Source: Auanema rhodensis
Lineage: Eukaryota > Animalia > Nematoda
DNA length: 64,000 bases
Direction: 5' to 3'
NCBI GenBank assembly: GCA_964057225.1
Contig: OZ059897.1
Coordinates: 1,612,001-1,676,000 of the forward strand
Position numbers and translations under genes: made by a program
The notes under the pieces: model-generated
Told to the model about the DNA's origin: nothing
What the model saw: the letters and a program-made list of their open reading frames with translations, nothing else
Database searches by the model: none
Shown here: positions 26,492-37,600 of the stretch, piece by piece
Numbering within the stretch: position 1 is the stretch's first letter
How the letters are laid out: every line of letters begins with the position of its first letter

Positions 26492-29305
26492 TTAACCCGG
26501 AATTCCAGATTCTACACATCTGAATACCCAATCTGAGCTTTTTTGTGAACAAATCTTGTGGATGATCTCGATATAAACCGTTTTTCCGGAAACAGGAGAA
26601 TTCCTAGCCAAATTTAACCCGGAATTTCAAATTCTACACATCTGAATACCTATTCTCGGATTATCTATTTTTGATTTTAGTTGATAATTTTTGAGAAAAA
26701 GGAACATTCACCGGACACACAGTGCCCACAGCCTGAACTTTTTTGTGAACAAATCTTGTGGATGATCTCGATATAAACAGTTTTTCCGGAAAAGTGAAAA
26801 GTCACAGCCAAATTTAACCCGGAATTTCAGATTCTACACATCTGAATACCCAACCTCGGATCATCTTTATTTGATTTTTGTTGATAATTTTTGAGAAAAA
26901 GGAACATTCACCGGACACACAGTGCCCACAGCCTGAACTTTTTTGTGAACAAATCTTGTGGATGATCTCGATATAAACAGTTTTTCCGGAAAAGTGAAAA
27001 GTCACAGCCAAATTTAACCCGGAATTTCAGATTCTGCACATCTGAATACCTATTCTCGGATTATCTATTTTTGATTTTAGTTGATAATTTTTGAGAAAAA
27101 GGAACATTCACCGGAAACACAGTGCCCACAGCCTGAACTTTTTTGTGAACAAATCTTGTGGATGATCTCGATATAAATAGTTTTTCCGGAAAAGTGAAAA
27201 GTCACAGCCAAATTTAACCCGGAATTTCAAATTCTACACATCTGAATACCCAACCTCGGATCATCTTTATTTGATTTTTGTTGATAATTTTTGAGAAAAA
27301 GGAACATTCACCGGACACACAGTGCCCACAGCCTGAACTTTTTTGTGAACAAATCTTGTGGATGATCTCGATATAAACCGTTTTTCCGGAAACAGGAGAA
27401 TTCCTAGCCAAATTTAACCCGGAATTTCAGATTCTACACATCTGAATACCTAACCTCGGATCATCTTTATTTGATTTTAGTTGATAATTTCTGAGAAAAA
27501 GGAACATTCACCGGAAACACAGTGCCCACAGCCTGAACTTTTTTGTGAACAAATCTTGTGGATGATCTCGATATAAACAGTTTTTCCGGAAAAGTGAAAA
27601 GTCACAGCCAAATTTAACCCGGAATTTCAGATTCTACACATCTGAATACCCAACCTCGGATCATCTTTATTTGATTTTCGATGATGGTCTTGGAGAAAAA
27701 GGAACATTCACCGGGCACACAGTGCCCACAGCCTGAACTTTTTTGTGAACAAATCTTGTGGATGATCTCGATATAAACCGTTTTTCCGGAAACAGGAGAA
27801 TTCCTAGCCAAGATTAACCCGGAATTTCAGATTCTACACATCTGACTACCTATTCTCGGATTATCTATTTTTGATTTTAGTTGATGGTCTTGGAGAAAAA
27901 GGAACATTCACCGGGCACACAGTGCCCACAGCCTGAACTTTTTTGTGAACAAATCTTGTGGATGATCTCGATATAAACCGTTTTTCCGGAAACAGGAGAA
28001 TTCCTAGCCAAATTTAACCCGGAATTTCAGATTCTACACATCTGAATACCTAACCTCGGATCATCTTTATTTGATTTTAGTTGATAATTTCTGAGAAAAA
28101 GGAACATTCACCGGAAACACAGTGCCCACAGCCTGAACTTTTTTGTGAACAAATCTTGTGGATGATCTCGATATAAACAGTTTTTCCGGAAAAGTGAAAA
28201 GTCACAGCCAAATTTAACCCGGAATTTCAAATTCTACACATCTGAATACCCAACCTCGGATCATCTTTATTTGATTTTTGTTGATAATTTTTGAGAAAAA
28301 GGAACATTCACCGGACACACAGTGCCCACAGCCTGAACTTTTTTGTGAACAAATCTTGTGGATGATCTCGATATAAACCGTTTTTCCGGAAACAGGAGAA
28401 TTCCTAGCCAAATTTAACCCGGAATTTCAGATTCTACACATCTGAATACCTAACCTCGGATCATCTTTATTTGATTTTAGTTGATAATTTCTGAGAAAAA
28501 GGAACATTCACCGGAAACACAGTGCCCACAGCCTGAACTTTTTTGTGAACAAATCTTGTGGATGATCTCGATATAAACAGTTTTTCCGGAAAAGTGAAAA
28601 GTCACAGCCAAATTTAACCCGGAATTTCAGATTCTACACATCTGAATACCCAACCTCGGATCATCTTTATTTGATTTTTGTTGATAATTTTTGAGAAAAA
28701 GGAACATTCACCGGACACACAGTGCCCACAGCCTGAACTTTTTTGTGAACAAATCTTGTGGATGATCTCGATATAAACCGTTTTTCCGGAAACAGGAGAA
28801 TTCCTAGCCAAATTTAACCCGGAATTTCAGATTCTACACATCTGAATACCTAACCTCGGATCATCTTTATTTGATTTTAGTTGATAATTTCTGAGAAAAA
28901 GGAACATTCACCGGAAACACAGTGCCCACAGCCTGAACTTTTTTGTGAACAAATCTTGTGGATGATCTCGATATAAACAGTTTTTCCGGAAAAGTGAAAA
29001 GTCACAGCCAAATTTAACCCGGAATTTCAGATTCTACACATCTGAATACCCAACCTCGGATCATCTTTATTTGATTTTCGATGATGGTCTTGGAGAAAAA
29101 GGAACATTCACCGGGCACACAGTGCCCACAGCCTGAACTTTTTTGTGAACAAATCTTGTGGATGATCTCGATATAAACCGTTTTTCCGGAAACAGGAGAA
29201 TTCCTAGCCAAGATTAACCCGGAATTTCAGATTCTACACATCTGACTACCTATTCTCGGATTATCTATTTTTGATTTTAGTTGATAATTTCTGAGAAAAA
29301 GGAAC
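26492..29305 (-). repeat. Internal 200-bp tandem array, inverted half (~14 units)
   Basis: Reverse complement of the forward unit. ggaacattcaccgg recurs every 200 bp from 26701 to 29101. Confidence 0.95.
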
Positions 29306-29915
29306 GGATCCAGTGCAGTTTCCCCCGGTTTGGCGGGTTTACCCCCCATTCCCGGTGAACTGTGTGCATTTCGGCAAAAATGGCGGGGCTTAGGGCCGGG
29401 GGGGGGGGGGGAAAGGGTGAGACGTGTCTGTGGGCAGAGACCCAGAGGAAGACGAGAAACTTTCAACATCACATTCTTCCATTAACTTTTCCTTTTGTTC
29501 TGTAGTTCGCGTTGCTTTCTTATTGTTTATTTGGAATAATTCCAGTTTATTTTTGTATAAAAATATTTAATGCTTGTTTTTGTAAAAGTAGCTACTATTT
29601 TTTTTTTACTACAATTGGTTAACTATTTGTTGGAGAGTGAATTAGCATCCCTCGATTAGCATGATAATGATTGAGATAATTTTTCTTTTTCATATTCGAT
29701 TCTCTTATCTGTGTCTAAATCAACCTGTCGGTGTGTACCCCACTCTAAAACTAATATTTTTCATGTTTAGACTATGTTTTTAATATATGTTACTAATGGG
29801 AGTGATGTATTATCGATGCATATCGATATTTTCATGTTTAGGCTATGCTTTTAATAAATGTTACTGATGGGAGTCATGTATTATCAATGCATATCGATAT
29901 TTTCATGTTTAGGCT

Positions 29916-30353
29916 ATGCTTTTAATAAATGTTACTGATGGGAGTGATGTATTATCGATGCATATCGATAGCGACGATGGGCTATTGCTTGAAACATTAA
30001 AATCTGGTTTTCCTGATGCAAGAAACTTGGTTAATCCGTCTAATGAATCACGAAAAGTTGGAATGAGGTATTTTCATTTTTTTTATCTTAAACAACTATT
30101 GTTTAGATTTTAAATTGTTTATATTTGTTTGAAAGAATATCTGAATTATATTTTTAAAATTATATTTATTTTTAGACTTTCTAATGGGAAAATTTTTAAT
30201 CCGGATGGATGGGATCCGAATATTCTTTATTTGGTTCATAATGGATGGCGACCACCAACACGAGTTAACCAAGGTATTTTAAAAATATCTTTTTGATTTA
30301 TGTCAGTTTTTAAATTAATAGTTTTTGCAGATTTAAAAAATAGATATTTTTAA
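29916..30353 (+). CDS. Spliced gene for a stand-alone TDP-43 N-terminal-domain-like protein (~90 aa); exons 29916-30067, 30176-30273 and, tentatively, 30331-30353
   Basis: A GT-AG intron (30068-30175) joins in frame to give MLLINVTDGSDVLSMHIDSDDGLLLETLKSGFPDARNLVNPSNESRKVGMRLSNGKIFNPDGWDPNILYLVHNGWRPPTRVNQ. This matches the TDP-43 NTD pattern I.VT..DDG..LL.T....FP.A..L..NP..G.RL..G....P..GW....Y.V. Confidence 0.72.
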
Positions 30354-30397
30354 AATATGTATAATATTAAAAATCTTTAACTTTTGAAGTAGAATAT

Positions 30398-30979
30398 ATG
30401 TACAATTTCGAGCGAATTAGCTTTTTTCTTTTAAATAGGTTTATTACTGATCCACCATTATTGCCAGAATACAAGCTGCCACGAAAGTATAACGATCTGT
30501 GGGAAAGATTTCCAGAGGTGCGTACAAACAAAAATAACCAACTTGTGATTAATAATGAGCCCGTACCAAACACAAATATTACAAAAATTTTGGATTTTGT
30601 ACTGGATAAAACAAAGACGGAACCCAATGGATTCTCAGTATTAGCCAAATTCTTAGCCAGTAATGGGGTCTCTAGCCCTAACAAGAAGGCAAAAAATGTA
30701 GAGCCTGCCGTCAGTAACAAGGATTCAGTTGATCCCGTGCCTACATCCACATCGGCTGTCACAGACTTGGATGCTACTATTAATATATTACCTAGAACAC
30801 CACGTCATCGTAAGGCTGTTATTCGATATTCACCCTCTCCGCGTCGTACATTCAAATCCAAAGCTATAAATAAAAAGGCAAAACCCGCTGACACTGGTGA
30901 ATCATATTACACACCTCAGGCGGGAGAAACACAGAATGGCAAAGGCCGTAAACGATTCTACATTAGATTATGGAAGTAA
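30398..30979 (+). CDS. Hypothetical Polinton-type protein, right copy
   Basis: Mirror of 23343-23924 with one substitution (PGH vs PRH). Possible splice acceptor at 30438. Confidence 0.6.
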   Translation: MYNFERISFFLLNRFITDPPLLPEYKLPRKYNDLWERFPEVRTNKNNQLVINNEPVPNTNITKILDFVLDKTKTEPNGFSVLAKFLASNGVSSPNKKAKNVEPAVSNKDSVDPVPTSTSAVTDLDATINILPRTPRHRKAVIRYSPSPRRTFKSKAINKKAKPADTGESYYTPQAGETQNGKGRKRFYIRLWK

Positions 30980-32003
30980 TGTTTTGGAGAACATTTATTA
31001 TAATATTAAGCATCCAGCTTCTTATACGTCTGCCAAAAATCTATTATTGGAAGCGCGAAAGCATGGCATCGCAAAAGCACAAGTTGAAAGTTTTTTGCAA
31101 GACTCTGAAACTTTTACACGTCATAAACCAACCAGACTGCATATGCAGACTAAAAAGACTAGAGGCTGTGGTCGATTCCTAACAATGCAAGCAGATTTGG
31201 TTGATATGCAAAAATATAAAAAATCAAATGACGGCTATGCTTACATGTTGACCATGATTGATGTTTATACACGCATGTTATATGTTAGGCCTTTGAAAAC
31301 TAAAGGTGGTTTAGAGGTTGCTACTGCATTTGAAAATGTATTCAAGGATTTTATACCAATCCAACTAATAACGGATAACGGTGCAGAGTTTTATAATAGT
31401 CATTGTGAAAAACTATTCAAAAAATTTGCCATACTGCATGGATCAACAAGTTCACCACAAAAGGCGGCAATGGTGGAGCGAGCAAATAGAACTTTAAAAA
31501 CGCGCATGATGAAATATCTCTATTACAAGAATAATCATCGATGGATTGATATACTAGATGACTTGGTCGAAGGAATAAACAAATCTTATAATCGGTCGAT
31601 TAAAATGCGCCCCGTAGATGTTACAGCAAATATATTCGTTGAAGAATATGCACCAGCTGTTCGCAACCGATTCAAAATTGGTGATAATGTTCGCATAAGC
31701 AAGAACAGGCGTACTTTTGAAAAAAGTTACGAGTCTGGATATACAATGGAACTATTCACAATTGATGAGATTGTAGCCGGGAACCCAACCGTGTATAAAC
31801 TAGTAGATTATAATGGTGAACGTATAAAGGGAATATTCTATGAGCCTGAACTTGTGTTGGCTACTAATAAAAGCAACCAGTACTATATTGAGAAAGTTTT
31901 GAAAGAGCGTACACGAAATGGTAAACGTCAAGTATTTGTAAAATGGAGTGGCTATCCCGACAACTTTAATGAATGGATAGATGCAGAAAATTTAAATGTA
32001 TAA
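30936..32003 (+). CDS. Maverick/Polinton DDE integrase with chromodomain, right copy
   Basis: Identical translation to the left copy. ATG at 30936, with no stops or frameshifts. Confidence 0.93.
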   Translation: MAKAVNDSTLDYGSNVLENIYYNIKHPASYTSAKNLLLEARKHGIAKAQVESFLQDSETFTRHKPTRLHMQTKKTRGCGRFLTMQADLVDMQKYKKSNDGYAYMLTMIDVYTRMLYVRPLKTKGGLEVATAFENVFKDFIPIQLITDNGAEFYNSHCEKLFKKFAILHGSTSSPQKAAMVERANRTLKTRMMKYLYYKNNHRWIDILDDLVEGINKSYNRSIKMRPVDVTANIFVEEYAPAVRNRFKIGDNVRISKNRRTFEKSYESGYTMELFTIDEIVAGNPTVYKLVDYNGERIKGIFYEPELVLATNKSNQYYIEKVLKERTRNGKRQVFVKWSGYPDNFNEWIDAENLNV

Positions 32004-32300
32004 TTTTTCACTGTTGTTGTAAACAATTGTATTAATAATAAATGATTTATTTGATCAATCGTTCATATTGTAACAATAAAAAACCAGCAAAACATAAAAG
32101 CCAAGACAATGATATAACCTATAATTATAAACTGATTAATATTTAAATTTTTAATGCTTACCAGTTGGTTAGAGAGTCGGCTGTTGATGGATAATTTCAA
32201 ACTTCGAAAGCTGGAAAAAAAAATGTTACGGCTAAGAAAATTTAAATATAACATAACAAAATCAACCAACTGTCCATTAAACAGTTTGTGCTTGTTGTAG

Positions 32301-32894
32301 TCAAAACGATGGATCAAAACGGATAAGCATATTCAAGTTGAGCGCCTGTTGACTTAATTTAAAGTAGAACACATTCTGCTTATAACCAAAAGACTTGACA
32401 GTTGACTCATCAGTATAAATGGCAATGTAACCCATATTATTCAACAATTGTTTTGATGACATGCTAGAATAGGAACGCATCTGTAAAAGAAAAAATAATA
32501 ATTAGAATTAATAATTTTATAATCTCACATTGATTGTTGAATTTTCAGGTTTATAATGACGGAAAACTTTTAAAAGCCCTAAGGCATCATTCCTCGCTCT
32601 ACACTTGACACAGAGGCTGAAACAGTGGTACTCGTCTACGACTTGCAATGTATCCCTACAAGTTTTGCAGAGACATATTGGTCTCATAACTACAGGCTGT
32701 TGTGGAGAGCTATCCTTTGAGATTTGTACCTGCTTTTTTGGTGTGTCTAAACAAAAAATAATTAATAACAAAAATAAAACCTTACCAAAGAATGTGGCAG
32801 CAAAGTTGGGTCCTGGTGTGGGTGGTCTTGGAACATCCGGTTCCGGTGTCGAAGGTACAATATTCTCTACATCAACAAGAGCGGAACGCTTCAT
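32301..32894 (-). CDS. Putative spliced Cys-rich gene, right copy
   Basis: Mirror image of 21428-22021. Confidence 0.55.
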
Positions 32895-34636
32895 GTTTGT
32901 AGCCCAATTGGAGGCTTTTCCTAAACAACAACGAACTTTTACGTCTAGGGTCCAAGTAGAGTAGAGGAAAGTCCTAGCAGCAGTCTGTTGACGTTGGATC
33001 AGATCGTCGGTTTGTTGGCAGAGGTGGATCGGCGAGAAGACTTGGTGGCGGAGCTGGATCGGAGAGTAGACTTGTTGACAGAGCTGGATCGTAGAGTCGA
33101 CTTGTTGGCGGAGCTGAAATGCAAATTTCGGTCTAAAAAATTTTGCCACCTTTTATACAAACTTTGTTGTAAAGCTCTACCCACTCCGCCTCTTTCACAA
33201 AACAGTTGACTGCTGTATGCAGCTTTTCTATTTGTTATATATTACAACAAATATATGCATTTATACATTAATTAGCAGTTTGTTGCGCAAACAGCTGCCA
33301 AATGCGCTAAAATACACCGATTGCGCCAACAGTTGCCGGATTAACAACCTGTAAACTATCCGCTTATTAATTACTTGTTACAGCATTCGATTTCGTAAAT
33401 CCAAATATTTAACAATAATTCAACTCATTTGTGACAAGTCCTTATACAATAACAACTGTCAGCCAAAATTGTGGAATATTACAATAGGATCGTTTAATAT
33501 TGTATTCATATTCTTATTATAACAGCTGTGGTACACTCTTATTTCTATAGTTTAGGAAACACTAATTCAAAATGTTGGATCCTTCTGAGGAAACGCAGGA
33601 TTGTTGCGAAAAACAGACTTGTACACATCCGATTACAAGTACAACATTTCCAGACACTTTGTAAAAAAGAAACTCTTGCAAAATGTTAACACATGTTCTA
33701 ATTTTAAATGAAAATTTATTGTTCAATAAATATATTACGAAACATTTATTCTATTCTTGAACATAGTTATGAAATACATTAGCTATCAGAACATTTATAA
33801 ACTATTAGGGCTACAACAACAATTACTTTAAAGTAACATTTTTGATGCTAAAAAGTTTGAAAATATTCGTATATACTCATGACCCCTTGGCATAGTAAGT
33901 ATTCTTTAGCGTTATAGGTACATGTGGTGTACAGCTATTTATCATATTTTTATGAACACAACTTTTGCCATGTGGTACATGTGTAGTGCACCTGTTTTAA
34001 CGATCTTATCGAATTAACCTTCGATATGTGTTTCATTAAATTTAGTTCAAATATTTATTACTTCTTATCGAATTAACCTTCGATATGAGTTCCATTGATT
34101 AACCCATAAGAGGTACGGTGAACATATTGATTACCTTTTAAATTTATTTAAATAAATAAAAAAAAACAATATATATGAGAAATAATTTATTCAGTTTTAA
34201 AGATACAATTAAAAAATATATAAATATTAAAATACATTTAAAAAGAAATATTATTAAAAATATATTTAAAAAGAAACAATTAAATAATAATATTTACAAA
34301 TACAATTTAAAATATATATAAATATTAAAAATACATTTAAAAAGAAATAAGTTTAAAAATATTTACAAATACAATTAACAAATATATAAATAATAAAAAT
34401 TGATTTAAAAATAGATTAAAAAATAATTTAAAAAAAAAAATCATGCATTTTGATTCATGCGCAGGCTCGAGAGCCTGCCTCGGGAGGAAAAGTATATTTT
34501 TGACAGCTGACGCCGAAAATATGATTTTGACAGCTGACGCCCCCAAAAGTATGATTTTAGCAGCTGACGCCCTCAAAAGTATGTTTTTAGCAACTGTTTG
34601 GGGGCGTGGTTAGTAAATTCGGCATGGCTCTCTACT

Positions 34637-34642
34637 TGCGTT
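34637..34642 (+). other. Right target-site duplication TGCGTT
   Basis: Immediately follows ...ctctctact and is identical to 19679-19684. Confidence 0.95.
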
Positions 34643-37600
34643 TCCATGTACACTCAACATTGCTTCCAAAAACATTTTGACAAAAATTTTCCCGAAAAAT
34701 TTCAAGATAATTTTACAAAAAGTAGATGTTTTTAGATTTTTTTTTTTAAGGCAAAGACGATGGACAATGTTATTCAACGAAAAAATTAATTCTTCAGGGT
34801 GAAAATCGAGGATATAAGTGTGAACTTATATCAGTTAATATCTCGGTGCATTTTTAAGCTAACTCAAATCTAATAACACAGATCGACGCAGCTTAAAAAT
34901 CCGCATCGAATGCACTATATAACATTGAGAAACGCTCAATACAAAAATTATTTATGATTGTTTGAAAAATGATGCATTAGTGTATGTTGAGTTTCCATGT
35001 ACACTCAACATTGCTTCCAAAAACATTTTGACAAAAATTTTCCCGAAAAATTTCAAGATAATTTTACAAAAAGTAGATGTTTTTGAATTTCTTTTATTAA
35101 GGCGAAAACGATGGACAATGTTATTCAACGAAAAAATTAATTCTTCAGGGTGAAAATCGAGGATATAAGTGTGAACTTATATCAGTTGATATCTCGGTGC
35201 ATATTTAAACTAGCGCAAATCTAATAACACAGATCGACGCAGCTTAAAAATCCGTTTCGAATGCACTATACTACATTAAGAAACGCTCAATACGAAAATT
35301 ATTTATGATTGTTTGAAAAAAGATGCATTAGTGTATGTTGAGTTTCCATGTACACTCAACATTGCTTCCAAAAACATTTTGACAAAAATTTTCCCGAAAA
35401 ATTTCAAGATAATTTTACAAAAAGTAGATGTTTTTGAATTTCTTTTATTAAGGCGAAAACGATGGACAATGTTATTCAACGAAAAAATTAATTCTTCAGG
35501 GTGAAAATCGAGGATATAAGTGTGAACTTATATCAATTGATATCTCGGTGCATTTTTAAGCTAACTCAAATCTGATAACACAGATCGACGCAGCTTAAAA
35601 ATCCGTTTCGAATGCACTATACTACATTGAGAAACGCTCAATACAAAAATTATTTATGATTGTTTGAAAAATGATGCATTAGTGTATGTTGAGTTTCCAT
35701 GTACACTCAACATTGCTTCCAAAAACATTTTGACAAAAATTTTCCCGAAAAATTTCAAGATAATTTTACAAAAAGTAGATGTTTTTGAATTTCTTTTATT
35801 AAGGCGAAAACGATGGACAATGTTATTCAACGAAAAAATTAATTCTTCAGGGTGAAAATCGAGGATATAAGTGTGAACTTATATCAATTGATATCTCGGT
35901 GCATTTTTAAGCTAGCGCATATCTGATAACATAGATCGACGCAGCTTAAAAATCCGCATCGAATGCACTATATAACAATGAGAAACGCTCAATACAAAAA
36001 TTATTTATGATTGTTTGAAAAATGATGCATTAGTGTATGTTGAGTTTCCATGTACACTCAACATTGCTTCCAAAAACATTTTGACAAAAATTTTCCCGAA
36101 AAATTTCAAGATAATTTTACAAAAAGTAGATGTTTTTGAATTTCTTTTATTAAGGCGAAAACGATGGACAATGTTATTCAACGAAAAAATTAATTCTTCA
36201 GGGTGAAAATCGAGGATATAAGTGTGAACTTATATCAGTTAATATCTCGGTGCATTTTTAAGCTAACTCAAATCTAATAACACAGATCGACGCAGCTTAA
36301 AAATCCGCATCGAATGCACTATATAACATTGAGAAACGCTCAATACAAAAATTATTTATGATTGTTTGAAAAATGATGCATTAGTGTATGTTGAGTTTCC
36401 ATGTACACTCAACATTGCTTCCAAAAACATTTTGACAAAAATTTTCCCGAAAAATTTCAAGATAATTTTACAAAAAGTAGATGTTTTTGAATTTCTTTTA
36501 TTAAGGCGAAAACGATGGACAATGTTATTCAACGAAAAAATTAATTCTTCAGGGTGAAAATCGAGGATATAAGTGTGAACTTATATCAGTTGATATCTCG
36601 GTGCATATTTAAACTAGCGCAAATCTAATAACACAGATCGACGCAGCTTAAAAATCCGTTTCGAATGCACTATACTACATTAAGAAACGCTCAATACGAA
36701 AATTATTTATGATTGTTTGAAAAAAGATGCATTAGTGTATGTTGAGTTTCCATGTACACTCAACATTGCTTCCAAAAACATTTTGACAAAAATTTTCCCG
36801 AAAAATTTCAAGATAATTTTACAAAAAGTAGATGTTTTTGAATTTCTTTTATTAAGGCGAAAACGATGGACAATGTTATTCAACGAAAAAATTAATTCTT
36901 CAGGGTGAAAATCGAGGATATAAGTGTGAACTTATATCAATTGATATCTCGGTGCATTTTTAAGCTAACTCAAATCTGATAACACAGATCGACGCAGCTT
37001 AAAAATCCGTTTCGAATGCACTATACTACATTGAGAAACGCTCAATACAAAAATTATTTATGATTGTTTGAAAAATGATGCATTAGTGTATGTTGAGTTT
37101 CCATGTACACTCAACATTGCTTCCAAAAACATTTTGACAAAAATTTTCCCGAAAAATTTCAAGATAATTTTACAAAAAGTAGATGTTTTTGAATTTCTTT
37201 TATTAAGGCGAAAACGATGGACAATGTTATTCAACGAAAAAATTAATTCTTCAGGGTGAAAATCGAGGATATAAGTGTGAACTTATATCAATTGATATCT
37301 CGGTGCATTTTTAAGCTAGCGCATATCTGATAACATAGATCGACGCAGCTTAAAAATCCGCATCGAATGCACTATATAACAATGAGAAACGCTCAATACA
37401 AAAATTATTTATGATTGTTTGAAAAATGATGCATTAGTGTATGTTGAGTTTCCATGTACACTCAACATTGCTTCCAAAAACATTTTGACAAAAATTTTCC
37501 CGAAAAATTTCAAGATAATTTTACAAAAAGTAGATGTTTTTAGATTCCTTTTTTCAAGGCGAAGACGATGGACAATGTTATTCAACGAAAAAATTAATTC

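Larger units (their letters stand above)
19685..34636. mobile_element. Palindromic Maverick/Polinton-family element, 14,952 bp, probably non-autonomous
   Basis: Termini AGTAGAGAGCCATGCC...GGCATGGCTCTCTACT, a 6-bp TSD (TGCGTT) and a Polinton-type integrase with chromodomain. ORFs mirror about a constant coordinate sum (e.g. 22319+32003 = 21173+33149 = 54322). Confidence 0.92.
29306..34636 (-). repeat. Right arm of the giant inverted repeat
   Basis: Mirror of 19685-25018. The ORF-track proteins match apart from one G/R change and two tract-length frameshifts. Confidence 0.95.

Noticed and set aside
25713-29211. 65-aa ORFs (MARNSPVSGK...)
   Set aside because: They are by-products of the 200-bp repeat: TTG starts, and stops in alternate units.
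25013-29311. GGATCC (BamHI) sites at both array edges suggesting a cloned construct
   Set aside because: The two sites are one site mirrored by the palindrome, other GGATCC sites occur in the arms, and there is no vector sequence.
29389-29395. TTAGGG telomere-like hexamer
   Set aside because: Single copy per arm, not an array.
22319-32003. LTR retrotransposon or composite bacterial IS reading of the two integrases
   Set aside because: No gag, RT, RNase H or LTRs. The arms have no inner termini of their own. A single 6-bp TSD, AGT ends and a chromodomain fit Maverick/Polinton.
33545-33730. Possible extra exon or gene near the arm end, followed by AATAAA
   Set aside because: I could not build a consistent open frame or splice model.
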